Positions 36,487 to 50,100 of a stretch of 64,000 nt of DNA are shown one piece after another. The position numbers and the translations under genes are program-made. Numbering within the stretch: the first letter of the stretch is position 1; every line of letters begins with the position of its first letter. The notes under the pieces were generated by a model. The model had not been told where the DNA came from. It did not search any database and was given only the letters and a program-made list of their open reading frames with translations. The DNA lies in assembly GCA_965235115.1 (NCBI GenBank), contig OZ249436.1, positions 20,400,001-20,464,000 on the forward strand, written 5' to 3'. The stretch is from Laetmonice hystrix. Lineage: Eukaryota.

Positions 36487-38744
36487 AATACACCGAGCCC
36501 ATCCCTGGCCGTGTATAGACACATCAAACAGTGTAACGGGGCCGGAATACACCGATCCCATCCCTGGCCGTGTAGACACATCAAACAGTGTAACGGGGCC
36601 GCAATACACCGAGCCCATCCCTGGCCGTGTATAGACACATCAAACAGTGTAACGGGGCTGGAATACACCGAGCCCATCCCTGGCCGTGTAGAGACAGATC
36701 AAACAGTGTAACGGGGCCGGAATACACCGAGCCCATCCCTGGCCGTGTAGACACATCAAACAGTGTAACGGGGACGGAATACACCGAGCCCATCCCTGGC
36801 CGTGTAGGCACATCAAACAGTGTAACGGGGCCGGAATACACCGAGCCCGTCCCTGGCCGTGTATAGACACATCAAACAGTGTAACGGGGCCGGAATACAC
36901 CGAGCCCATCCCTGGCCGTGTAGGCACATCAAACAGTGTAACGGGGACGGAATACACCGAGCCCATCCCTGGCCGTGTAGAGACACATCAAACAGTGTAA
37001 CGGGGCCGGAATACACCGAGCCCATCCCTGGTGGTGTAGACACATCAAACAGTGTAACGGGGACGGAATACACCGAGCCCATCCCTGGCCGTGTAGGCAC
37101 ATCAAACAGTGTAACGGGGCCGGAATACACCGAGCCCGTCCCTGGCCGTGTAGGCACATCAAACAGTGTAACGGGGACGGAATACACCGAGCCCATCCCT
37201 GGCCGTGTATAGACACATCAAACAGTGTAACGGGGACGGAATACACCGAGCCCATCCCTGGTCGTGTAGACACATCAAACAGTGTAACGGGGCCGGAATA
37301 CACCGAGCCCATCCCTGGCCGTGTAGAGACAGATCAAACAGTGTAACGGGGCCGGAATACACCGAGCCCATCCCTGGCCGTGTAGGCACATCAAACAGTG
37401 TAACGGGGCCGGAATACACCGAGCCCATCCCTGGCCGTGTAGACACATCAAACAGTGTAACGGGGCCGGAATACACCGAGCCCATCCCTGGCCGTGTATA
37501 GACACATCAAACAGTGTAACAGGGCCGGAATACACCGAGCCCATCCCTGGCCGTGTAGAGACACATCAAACAGTGTAACGGGGCCGGAATACACCGAGCC
37601 CATCCCTGGTCGTGTAGACACATCAAACAGTGTAACGGGGCCGGAATACACCGAGCCCATCCCTGGCCGTGTAGGCACATCAAACAGTGTAACGGGGCCG
37701 GAATACACCGATCCCATCCCTGGCCGTGTAGACACATCAAACAGTGTAACGGGGCCGCAATACACCGAGCCCATCCCTGGCCGTGTATAGACACATCAAA
37801 CAGTGTAACGGGGCTGGAATACACCGAGCCCATCCCTGGCCGTGTAGAGACAGATCAAACAGTGTAACGGGGTCGGAATACACCGAGCCCATCCCTGGCC
37901 GTGTAGACACATCAAACAGTGTAACGGGGCCGGAATACACCGAGCCCATCCCTGGCCGTGTAGGCACATCAAACAGTGTAACGGGGCCGGAATACACCGA
38001 GCCCGTCCCTGGCCGTGTATAGACACATCAAACAGTGTAACGGGGCCGGAATACACCGAGCCCATCCCTGGCCGTGTAGGCACATCAAACAGTGTAACGG
38101 GGACGGAATACACCGAGCCCATCCCTGGCCGTGTAGAGACACATCAAACAGTGTAACGGGGCCGGAATACACCGAGCCCATCCCTGGTGGTGTAGACACA
38201 TCAAACAGTGTAACGGGGACGGAATACACCGAGCCCATCCCTGGCCGTGTAGGCACATCAAACAGTGTAACGGGGCCGGAATACACCGAGCCCGTCCCTG
38301 GCCGTGTAGGCACATCAAACAGTGTAACGGGGACGGAATACACCGAGCCCATCCCTGGCCGTGTATAGACACATCAAACAGTGTAACGGGGACGGAATAC
38401 ACCGAGCCCATCCCTGGTCGTGTAGACACATCAAACAGTGTAACGGGGCCGGAATACACCGAGCCCATCCCTGGCCGTGTAGAGACAGATCAAACAGTGT
38501 AACGGGGCCGGAATACACCGAGCCCATCCCTGGCCGTGTAGGCACATCAAACAGTGTAACGGGGCCGGAATACACCGAGCCCATCCCTGGCCGTGTAGAG
38601 ACACATCAAACAGTGTAACGGGGCCGGAATACACCGATCCCATCCCTGGCCGTGTAGAGACACATCAAACAGTGTAACGGGGCCGGAATACACCGAGCCC
38701 ATCCCTGGCCGTGTAGACACATCAAACAGTGTAACGGGGCCGGA
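36487..38744. repeat. 57/59-bp minisatellite, ~39 copies, with a 1156-bp higher-order duplication
   Basis: Unit AATACACCGAGCCCATCCCTGGCCGTGTAGACACATCAAACAGTGTAACGGGGCCGG. The variant pattern recurs at +1156 (ORF starts 36627/37783 and 36859/38015). Confidence 0.97.
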
Positions 38745-40162
38745 AACCACTCACATATTATTGCCGTCAGATTTATGCCTCTGACATTTTGTCTACAAAT
38801 TCGATCAATCCTACGAGGGTTTCCTGACTATGCAGGATTTCGTCACAAGGAATAATGACATTTACCCGTGAAGTCGGGAATACAGGTTGGGTTCAAACTC
38901 TACACTGAAGAGAATATGAGTGTAACGGTAAAGCTGTAATGTCCTGTGCAGGTGGCGGTTATAGGTGTAGATGGGTGGTCGTTACGATGTCTGGGTATGG
39001 GAGATCCAGGCCTCATCATGTGATCCCTCACACAGTGACAACCATCCATTGAAGGTTACTCATGCTGGTCGGACCGGGCCCAGCACGGGGGTCGGTGGTC
39101 TCTGTGTAGACAACCCGGCAATCTGACCGTGCCTCCAGATGTTCACCGACCGGACGGGAGGAGGGGCCGGGGAAGGGGCAGGCAGGGGGTAGGAGCGGGG
39201 ATACCTGGGGATGTTGGGCTGCACTGGGTGAACGGGGATTAGGTTGTCCGTCAAGAAGTGGTGAAAGCAGCTGGGAATGCTGGCCCCGCGTTGCCCCCGC
39301 CTTCCCCAGACTCGACTATTGGGCGTGGGTAAACTAAACTCGACACCATAGACTCGGGCATACATACATACATACTACATGTGGAGCGGGGGGTCGGGTT
39401 AGTGGTGGCGTGAGGGTTGGCGGCGTCAAGGGGTGGGGTGGTACGTGGCGGGTTGGGAGGCCGGGGTAGACAGGATCCCCCCCCCCCCGATCATACCCGC
39501 TGTGTCCCGCCAGCCCACCCGTACTTTGATCTGATCTCAGTCAGGCTTACCGCCGCCCAGATGGCCAACCTGCGCTATCTGCGGTTAGCAAACAAATCCC
39601 CTCAAACCGCTGACATTTGCCACGCTACGGGAGTATACGCTACTCTCCACTACTCGGAACAGGTCCTGACTGTCTGACTGCCTGACTGGCCGCTAATATA
39701 CACACGGTGGGGGAGACACCCTGCCCACGTCGTCAGGTAGAGACAGGTGACTACGTGTAATTAGGCGTCCCCAGGTGCAGGACGCCAGTGTTGTCACGCA
39801 TCCTCCCTGATGGAGTTGTCGATGATGTAAAAAAAGAGAGAGAGAAAACCGTCCATTCTTCTGCAAAGTTCGCCCACCACCACGCGCGTCTGACGTAAAC
39901 CGGGAGTGCTCGTGGACAGAAGGTTCGGGCATGCGTGATTCCGAACACGGCCCGCCACAATTCTCCCTCAGGGGACAACCATGTCATCAGGAACTCTTTG
40001 CGTGCCATCTCTTCTGATCTCTGATTCTACCCCAACCCCACACCCCACACCCCACACCCTCCACTCGAAATTAACAAATCCTAACCAAGAAAAATATTAC
40101 TTAAGTGTCAGAAGGCAGGTAGGCCCATTATTGTGATATTGTTTCAGAGAAATGAAATTAAA

Positions 40163-40164
<2 letters not shown>

Positions 40165-40228
<64 letters not shown>

Positions 40229-40324
40229 GTCTGTCTCTCCCTCTCTCTCTATCTCTATATATCTATCTATCTCTATATCTCTCTATCTCTATATCTCTAT
40301 ATATCTCTATCTATCTATCTCTAT
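40165..40324. repeat. Compound (CT)n/(CTAT)n microsatellite
   Basis: Direct reading. Confidence 0.95.
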
Positions 40325-42354
40325 CTTTTTCTGAGATCATGCAGCGAGACTAGACAGAAGAGATATAGCCCTGAACGCATGAACAAGTACCTACAAACAC
40401 GAATAAATTTTGTTATCCTTATATTTATTTTCCTACTTATATTCAAACCGTCTCACATACAGATTCCAGTCCTAGTAATGCTCCAAGGGGTACAATGTCT
40501 GCCGATCAAACCTGACTTTGATGGGCGGGGAGACGGGAGTAACGGTGTACTGTATCTAATATCGGCTGTCAGACCTAAGGCAAGCGTATAAAGCCAAGCA
40601 AAGCTGTTCTGACAGCAGTATTACACATTGTTGAAAACCCCGTCTTAAGTCGACTTATTTCACACGTGGAACGAACGCCGGCACTTGGCAGATGTACTTG
40701 GCGGCCTATCTGCCCCCTCGGGAGGCAAAACGTCCCAGTCATTCCACCGGTGACCCGTGTCTCCCAACTCGACGCTTACCCCCTCCGTCATAGCCGACAG
40801 CGTGTCCCGTTTTTACCCCCAAACACCCCACAACACTTTCACCCCATTTTCATACGCAGCACTGCCAAGCATCACATGCCTCATCTGGGCACTGGCGTAT
40901 GTGTACTCTTGTTGTTTGGACAAAAAGGTGATTGTCTTGGTAGAAAAACAGGCGACGTGAAAGGCAATGACAAGTTGTTTGGTTGGAAGTGTCGCTGGCG
41001 CAGGTTGAGCTGGGGCGGCAAGTCGTGGTGTGTGTGCAAATTACGGCTGTGGCCAGGTGTGCGCCGGTGGGCCGCCGGGCCGGGTACGGCGGCGGTTGGG
41101 GGGGGGGGGTTCAGTGGCGGCGGAGGGAGGTTGTCGGAACAGCTGGCCGGCACAGACCAGCCGGGTGTGGGGTTGGGATTTGGCGGTGGCCACTATTTTG
41201 TTTGTAACTCGATCACTTTACGAGATCTTAAGAAAATACACGAACGCAGGTCGAAAGGAATCCGAGCGAGGTCAAAGATGCGGCACACACAGATCTACAT
41301 GTACAACAAGTGCAATTTTTTTCACCCTTTTTTATAGGAAAAAAACATTCTTTATATTTTTAATGGCTTATTTTGTATAAGTTCACGTGGGTCTAGAATG
41401 AGTTGTGCGTTCGGTACCACCCCCCCCCCCCACCCCCTACCGTCTCATCCCACCCCACCTGCACACCGACAGGAGTCCACCTGTCAACCTGCCCCCGGCC
41501 CCCTTTTTTAAAAGCCTGTTTTCGCCTTCCTTTCACAAGGGTGCCACCGAATGAACATAACTTCTCTTCCGACCACCTCCGGTATATATAGTGGAATACT
41601 TTTATTTATTTCACTTTTCCATTGTCGATTGCTATTTAGGTGCTTTACCAGTTTATGATTATTTTACCACAGCTATATTTTATGTTTTATGGTCTTCTAT
41701 ATTTAACAACGTTTATAATGATGAAAGTAATCAGTTCTTTTATGTCAGGAAAAGGAAACACAATCAGTGCCGAGAGAATTGGCACCTATTCACCCCACTA
41801 TACCTTGTATTATAGATAGCCTAGTCTGATACTAAGAACCCTCTATACGTACAGGTGTATGGGCATAGTTTGTGATCGTAAAGCTCTGTCGATGAGAAGA
41901 TAGCCATATCCGCAATAATAACTTTAACAGTATATGAAGATGCGGGGTCTTACTGTTCATGTTTGTTTGAGAGAGTTTAAGGCTTGAGAACCTTGGATGT
42001 ATGTTTGGGAGGGTAGGGTGAGCACAACGTCCTAGGGGGTTTCCCGTTCGTTCTTTATGGGGGATGACCCCAAGGGTCACGGGTGACTGAGAGGGTGGCG
42101 GCCGGGTTGCCCAAGGTGTTAGCCGGTCGACGAGCCCGCCCCTGGCGGCTGGAGAATGCCGTATAGCGTATCATCTGGCTGAAGTGGCCGGTAGAAGGCC
42201 AATCCCAACTCTCCCCGGTCGTGTCAGGCTCGACTGGTGCGGCAAACTGCCAGACGTCCGCCAGCTGTTCAACCCGCGCGAGGTGAAAGTGTTGCGCACC
42301 CTCCTTCTGATGAACTCCTTCCCTACCTCCCCCCGCCCCCGCCTCAACAGACGA

Positions 42355-42741
42355 TCTCTCTCTCCGCCTCTCTGTCTCTCTCTATCTATGTCTCTGTCTG
42401 TCTCTCTCTGTCTCTATCTGTCCCTGTCTCTCTCTGTCCCTCTCTGTCTCTCTCTCTCTGTCTCTCTCTGTCTCTCGCTCTCGCTTTCTCCTGTCTGTCT
42501 CCCTTTCTGTCTCTCCGCCTCTAGCTGTCTCTCTCTGTCTCTCTCACTCCCGCTCTCGCTCTCTCTCTCTCTCTCTGCCTCTGTCTTTCTCTGTCTTTGT
42601 CTCGCTCTCTCTGTCTCCGTCTTTCTGTCTCTGTCTGTCTCTATCTCTGTCTCTTTCTATCTCTCGCTCTCTCGCTCTCTGTCTCTTTATCTCTCTGTCT
42701 CTGCCTCTCTGTCTCCGTCTCTCTTTCTCTGTCTCTCTCTC
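42355..42741. repeat. Degenerate (CT)n/(CTGT)n polypyrimidine tract
   Basis: Direct reading; source of the Leu/Ser-rich spurious ORFs. Confidence 0.95.
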
Positions 42742-43966
42742 CTCCTGAAGCGTATAACTCGAGCGATAAACCTCCCAAGGTCACAATCCTAATTGCCACA
42801 ATACACTCTTTAAATGTACTGAGTAGGCGTACTACCTGTCTGGAAGTTGCCGCGGTTCGTCGCCAGAAAGTGTTCTGATCTTGGGCGTGGGGGCAGCGAG
42901 GGGCGCTGTGCATGCCCTCAGGGTCTGACAGAGGCTGACGTCACTGCTGGACAACGATGGGTATGTTGTCTGTTAGGATAGGGGCGGTATATCTCACCCT
43001 ATGCGCCCACCCTCGACAGCTGAGCAGCGCGGGCATGGCGAGCCAGCCCCACCCTATATACCAGACGGTGGGCTAGTTAAAATACAACCCCAGCCAGTGC
43101 AGAACAGGTGTTGTACGTTCTGCACCTAATGCCAACCACACCCACCTGGCCAACGCGTGTGAAGTGAAGGGGCGAGGAAGATGCTCGGGGGCAAAGGGCC
43201 GCAAATATCTGCCGTCGCTTATCGGTCGGAGCCAAAGTGAAGCACAGTTACCAGTATACCAAACGTCGGAATCTCACAGTCGTATGGGTCCCATTAAGGA
43301 GATGTAGGCTTGCCATTGTGTATCTTCTCTTTTTATACGCAGGCCTTTGATTATGGTCCGGGTATTTGTAAAGAGATTACATTGCCTGGTACATGTGTAA
43401 GGGGTGTTGTGTTTTAACGAAGGAATTTTACAGGCCATGCTATACTTCGGGTCGCTGAATCGCTAAATCCCCACCATCTTCATTATGCTTTACCCGAGCA
43501 ACGAGACTATAGAATTATCTAAAGGGTCAGACTAGGGTTTGCCATGCAGTGTTTATCCAGTGGAATCTGTCAACTCCCATCCATGCAGGAACCCTGTTTC
43601 CCTAACGAGATCCTTCAACATCAAACGATTGAGTTGTAGGATTAATCTACTTTTTTCCTGACTGGCCATCCCTGTTTCTGGAAATGGGTTCCATCCTTTA
43701 ATCTCAAAGTCACAGTAAAAAAATTCTAGATATTTCAACGGTTGCCAATTGCTAGTAGCTAATACTGTTCGGAGGTTACTGTATGGGAATGGGTATGGAA
43801 ATGGGGTGAGGGTGGAGTGGGTATGGCAGTGGGGTGAGGGTGGGAGTGGGGGTCATGAGTACATTGGACTTAATGCAGTGTCAATGCCTCGTCTAGGTCC
43901 AGCACTAACCTGACACAATGTTAATGACGTTCGCCTCTCATTAACGTCATATTACTGGTCCCTGCT

Positions 43967-44155
43967 GAAAAATTGTCAGCTGTAATCTGACAAACTGGGA
44001 CGAGGGGTTGAGATGTCGTCAGGGGGAGGGGGAGGGGTGAGTCCCATGGTGTCATGTCACTCGGCAGAAATTGTCAGCTGTAATCTGACAAACTGGGACT
44101 ACGGGTTGAGATGTCGTCAGGGGGAGGGGGAAGGGTGAATCCCATGGTGTCACTC
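43967..44155. repeat. 98-bp direct tandem duplication
   Basis: AATTGTCAGCTGTAATCTGACAAACTGGGAC... at 43971 and 44069. Confidence 0.9.
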
Positions 44156-44224
44156 GGAAGTCACGGCGGAGACTGTCTGTGCTGCCTGCATACATATTAA
44201 CGGTACAGAAAGGTACCTTTGTAA

Positions 44225-44482
44225 CAGTTGGAGGATCCAGGATTTCACTGAAGGGGGGAGGGCACAGGAAAACAATTTATGATTGTTTGCATTACTCTTT
44301 AAAATTTGTTCTATGTAGGACTTCTGTGTCAAAAGTTACAACCATTTGCTTCAATATATCCATTCATGATGTGATATGTCTAATCTAAACATGGCATTAT
44401 TTTAAAATGAGTACGTATATAGGAATTAAGGAAGCTAAAAGGGGCACGTGCCCCGTCTGCCCCCCCCCCCAATCCGCATATG
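44225..44482. mobile_element. Degenerate MITE related to the 15472 element
   Basis: Left end CAGTTGGAGGATCCAGGATTT; right end poly-C plus AATCCGCATATG. TIRs eroded, no TSD visible. Confidence 0.45.
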
Positions 44483-44642
44483 CCTTATGTATATCATCCA
44501 TATCTGTACTGTGGTCCGGAGTGGCAGCCCCTCCCCACCCTCCGATATGAACGGTCCACAGGTGGAGTTGATCTGTTGATCTGTTCTGTCAGGCCAGTGG
44601 CATGTATCAGGAGGTTGTATCAGCTAGGTTTTACACGGGTCG

Positions 44643-45861
44643 AGGGTGTTCGCCCCATCACCCAGCCCAACATAATGGTGTAGGTATGTGAGGTTGTATC
44701 GGAGGGGGTGTTCGCCCCATCGCCCAGCCCAACATAATGGTGTAGGTATGTGAGGTTGTATCGCCCCATCGCCCAGCCCAACATAATGGTGTAGGTATGT
44801 GAGGTTGTATCGGGGAGGGTGTTCGCCCCATCGCCCAGCCCAACATAATGGTGTAGGTATGTGAGGTTGTATCGGGGAGGGTGTTCGCCCCATCGCCCAG
44901 CCCAACATAATGGTGTAGGTATGTGAGGTTGTATCGGGGAGGGTGTTCACCCCATCGCCCAGCCCAACATAATGGTGTAGGTATGTGAGGTTGTATCGGA
45001 GGGGGTGTTCGCCCCATCGCCCAGCCCAACATAATGGTGTAGGTATGTGAGGTTGTATCGGGGAGGGTGTTCACCCCATCGCCCAGCCCAACATAATGGT
45101 GTAGGTATGTGAGGTTGTATCGGAGGGGGTGTTCGCCCCATCGCCCAGCCCAACATAATGGTGTAGGTATGTGAGGTTGTATCGGAGGGGGTGTTCGCCC
45201 CATCGCCCAGCCCAACATAATGGTGTAGGTATGTGAGGTTGTATCGGGGAGGGTGTTCGCCACATCGCCCAGCCCAACATAATGGTGTAGGTATGTGAGG
45301 TTGTATCGGGGAGGGTGTTCGCCCCATCGCCCAGCCCAACATAATGGTGTAGGTATGTGAGGTTGTATCGGGGAGGGTGTTCGCCCCATCGCCCAGCCCA
45401 ACATAATGGTGTAGGTATGTGAGGTTGTATCGGGGAGGGTGTTCGCCCCATCGCCCAGCCCAACATAATGGTGTAGGTATGTGAGGTTGTATCGGGGAGG
45501 GTGTTCGCCCCATCGCCCAGCCCAACATAATGGTGTAGGTATGTGAGGTTGTATCGGGGAGGGTGTTCGCCCCATCGCCCAGCCCAACATAATGGTGTAG
45601 GTATATGAGGTTGTATCGGGGAGGGTGTTCGCCCCATCGCCCAGCCCAACATAATGGTGTAGGTATGTGAGGTTGTATCGGGGAGGGTGTTCGCCCCATC
45701 GCCCAGCCCAACATAATGCTGTAGGTATGTGAGGTTGTATCGGGGGGGGGGAGGGTGTTCGCCCCATCGCCCAGCCCAACATAATGGTGTAGGTATGTGA
45801 GGTTGTATCGGGGAGGGTGTTCACCCCATCGCCCAGCCCAACATAATGGTGTAGGTATGTG
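44643..45861. repeat. 62-bp minisatellite, ~20 copies
   Basis: Unit GGGTGTTCGCCCCATCGCCCAGCCCAACATAATGGTGTAGGTATGTGAGGTTGTATCGGGGA. Confidence 0.97.
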
Positions 45862-46387
45862 AACCCTTGGCCAGGCCATTATCAGGTTAGCTGTTCCGAT
45901 CACGTGCTTGGTGTAAAGTTACAGGGGACCGGAATCCGGAGACCAGGCACCGTCGTCTTCCGTCCCCACGTCTCTGAGACAGGATTCGGAACATCTGGTG
46001 CGAAACGCTATCGGGCAAAGCCCCCGGACTGCCGGGACCCGCAGACCATTACCCCTATCATATGTCTGTGCGGTCGGAGAGGCTGGCACCGACTGCGGCA
46101 TGCAGGGAGCAAGGGTCCGCCGCGACCACCGGCCGACCGATGGCTGTACGAACAGCTGTATCTGCCATACACGGGACCTGATACCGAGCTGACCGTGGCC
46201 GCCGGTCAGACGTCGTCTTCGGCCCGGCAACCATAGCCATACCCTGAAACATACACACTCTAAACATCCAATCACTCATTCCCACGGTTCACACCACGCT
46301 TCCGCCGAGAGGTTTCTACCCTATAAAAAACCCCAACCCGAGTTCAATTTCAACCACATCCGACACAGCCATGCTACGGCGATTTAA

Positions 46388-47105
46388 TCACCCCAGCCGG
46401 TCCTGATCGGTCTCCTGATCGCCCCAGCCGGTCCTGATCGGTCTGATCGTCCCGGCCGGTCCTGATCGGTCTGATCGCCCCGGCCGGCTCTGATCGGTCT
46501 CCTGATCGCCCCGGCCGGTCCTGATCGGTCTGATCGCCCCAGCTGGTCCTGATCGGTCTGATCGTCCCGGCCGGTCCTGATCGGTCTGATCGTCCCGGCC
46601 GGTCCTGATCGGTCTGATCGTCCCGGCCGGCCCTGATCGGTCTGATCGTCCCGGCCGGCCCTGATCGGTCTGATGGTCCCGGCCGGCCCTGATCGGTCTG
46701 ATCGCCCCGGCCGGCCCTGATCGGTCTGATCGCCCCGGCCGGCTCTGATCGGTCTCCTGATCGCCCCGGCCGGTCCTGATCGGTCTGATCGTCCCGGCCG
46801 GCCCTGATCGGTCTGATCGCCCCGGCCGGCCCTGATCGGTCTGATCGTCCCGGCCGGCCCTGATCGGTCTGATCGCCCCGGCCGGCCCTGATCGGTCTGA
46901 TCGCCCCGGCCGGCTCTGATCGGTCTCCTGATCGCCCGGCCGGTCCTGATCGGTCTGATCGTCCCGGCCGGCCCTGATCGGTCTGATCGCCCCGGCCGGC
47001 CCTGATCGGTCTGATCGTCCCGGCCGGCCCTGATCGGTCTCCTGATCGTCCCAGCCGGCCCTGATCGGTCTGATCGCCCCGGCCGGCCCTGATCGGTCTC
47101 CTGAT
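46388..47105. repeat. 28-bp (with 31-bp variants) CpG-rich minisatellite, ~25 copies
   Basis: Unit GATCG(C/T)CCCGGCCGG(C/T)CCTGATCGGTCT. Confidence 0.96.
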
Positions 47106-50100
47106 GATGGTTCACAGATTGTATTTGCCTGTTCACGTGAAGAGATAGGCACCAATCAATACGCTGTGAGAAGTAGGCCCATCGTCTCGTGCTCTCCTTT
47201 GATCTTCATTAATTCTATTCTTACATTAATTAAGGTTACGCATCCGAACTCTTCCAATCAGGTCTCTCAGGCTGAGATAGAAAGCAGTCACTCCTCATGT
47301 ACCACAATTATTTTTGTATAGAAATCTCCGGATTGTATGTAGGGTCTACATTAGATAATCCCACGGGCATAGAACAAACTCACATATCAATGAACATAAT
47401 GTATCCCATAGATCTCTAATGATTCTTCACCAACAAAAAAACGAAGACTTAATCCTGCCCTAATATTAAAGCCAGGCGATAGCAAGAATTCGACAGCTGC
47501 ATGTTTAACAACTGACTTGTGATCGGGTGGGTGTGCGTCGTCAGCACCGACAGGCACCAGCAGACAGGGGGTAGAATGCCGGGCATTCCAGTCCGACCCC
47601 CGGGGAGGGGCTGGCCGGCCGGCCGCCGCCACCTTACGACCGCCACGTCAGGCGTTAATGGCCGTGACCAGATGCACCCAGTGCCGTCATGAGATAGAAG
47701 GCGCGGGCCGGGCCCAGCTCGCTGACGGGGAACAGGTGTCTCCAATGCTGCACACCCCCTCCCACCGCCACCACCACCGCCGAGCCCGCTCCTCGCCAGG
47801 GTAGGCAGGCACAGACGGGCCTGGATGTGGTCCAGTATAATGGCACTCCACCATCTCACCCTCAACTTGGTCACAAGGCTTCCTGTAAAACAGATGTGAA
47901 CACTTCTAAATCAACCAAGGGCTGAGATATCAAATTAATGACGTTTTATATCGGAATTATGGTACGAGTCCCAAATGTAGTTTACAGTATGTGGATGGCT
48001 ACGACTCATAACGTACCCATGCATGTATTGATTTCACTATAGCCGTGGCGGTAAATGTATTAAATGTTTTTCGACACTCAGTTCGAAACAACATTGAAGC
48101 AAGTGGTGGGTAGTCTATATTTACAAGACTCCAAGATCGTGCTCACCACGCCCTTTCCCCCCATACCTTTTTCAATTTTTAAAGTGGATCGTATCGCGTT
48201 CAAGACCGTACCGTCTCCGGCAAGCTACTGCCTAGTCCATCACCCCTTGTATTCCTGATGCATCTGGAAACAGGACATGCAACTGCAAGCCAGACTTTGC
48301 TCCCCTTCCACCCACCCATCTCCGTGGGAACCCCGGTCCATGCAGGCTGTGACGACCTCTTGCATTCCGAGCCGGTTGTGATCTGTTCTCGTAGAGTGTC
48401 GAACATTCGGACGGCTGTTCGTTGTGCACGCTGCTTTATGTTGACGCCTCAGTAAGTGGTGTTTACAGGGAGAGTAGGATGCTTCCGTCAGCCTCCTGCA
48501 CCCACCGGCTGCTGCAGGCAGTCAGACAGGCCGGGGGGAGGGGGAGGGGGAATGGAGACCTCCAGGGGCCGGTCGAGGTGTCGGGCGCACGTTCTCCAGA
48601 TGGTCGCGATGATACGCCTTGTCACGCCCACCAACCCCGTCACTTGTTGGGGCGACACTCCCGGACATGGAATTAGTTTATAGGCTTTCTTTCTTTCTTG
48701 CTTTCTTTCTTTGTTTGCTTTTCAATCACAGGCGTGTACTTCTAAACCACATGTATGTGTTTTGGCTCTCCAATAGTGATACCGTAATAATTATAGCTGA
48801 TAGAAAATGTGGTAAACAATCCAAATGTTGTATTTTCATTATGTCTCCCCACAGAAATGGAAACATGATCCTTGTGAAGGTATCTGGTGGGGAAACCAAT
48901 GATTAACATCAGTATACTTCAGGTGGAGTGATAAAAGCGACCCAGCTAAGGCCGCATACCGACACAGGCATGGTTTAGTGAATGTTTACAGGAACATATA
49001 ATCTATCTGTTTCAAGTGTTTGTCGACTGTTTTCAGTGCCTCAAGTATTATTTTTTTTGTACAGGATCGCTCATGCAGCAATGAAAACCCTGTTTACATA
49101 ATTATAGACATAAGAGCCTTGAGGTGGCTTCCGGTTCAGCATTGACCTAAAATCATTGGTCATAGAATAATGCCAAAAGAGGGACCGGGTATTTAAAGTT
49201 AAGATACGACGAATATCGCTCGCTTAAAATTGCAACAGTTCTTTTTTTCTAGAAAATCGTCTTATACTTTCTTCCTTGTGACTTATCTGTTTCAAAATCA
49301 GAAAGGTATTGGATTCCCAGCTTTATCGAATGTTAATCTGTTGATTCAAATTGCCCATTGAAGACGGGTGGTTTAGGTCGTGCTGGTCAATAAAAACGGT
49401 CGATAATCGTCACCTTCGTGCTCAGTTAAGTGTATGGGATCCTTGACCTGCCCCTGCATAACTCGTACAGACTCGTACAGATGTAGACGTAATCTAACCG
49501 ATCGTGATCATGTTTCGACTTGAACTGATCATGTTAAAGTTGGAGTAGGTCGACACTGCTCACGGAGACCACGGAGGGGGGATTGTAACGAAGCATAATG
49601 TTGGCTGACCCCCAGGAGAGGTTGGGGTCAACGACGCCGATAAGATGACAGGTGTTTGCCGGGATAGTAATGGAGTGTGTGTGATAGCAGCGGCTCAGTC
49701 CCGTGTACACACCTGCGGTTTGCCTGCCCCCTCCACACCTGCAAACCGCCTCAGTTTGAGTATCCAGGACATGACGTCGTCTGCGTCGGTCATGACGGAA
49801 CATGTCGTCTGCGGTGACGCGCGTCCTATGACGTAGCGTACTTTACGACGAGCGTTCTCACGCACCTGTCCGTGTAGGAGTGGGAGGGTGGACCCGTTCG
49901 TCCTCATATCGTACCATCCACTCTATGCCGACACTTATCGTGACAACCAGCTCCTTGTCGCCGATAACCTTATACTGGGGCACTGTCTGGGCAGACTCTG
50001 AGTGGCCCAGGTGTAGATCTACACCACCAAAATGTCCCAAGTGTAGCTCCGTCCGCCACGTTTCCGTCTAGGAAAGGGACAACTTTTGACTAAGGGTCAG

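Noticed and set aside
16665..47155. Long ORFs in the track (270, 496, 377, 261, 638, 530, 388, 318, 255 aa and others)
   Set aside because: All lie in minisatellites. They are open in several frames and on both strands, with periodic peptides, because the monomers lack stop codons.
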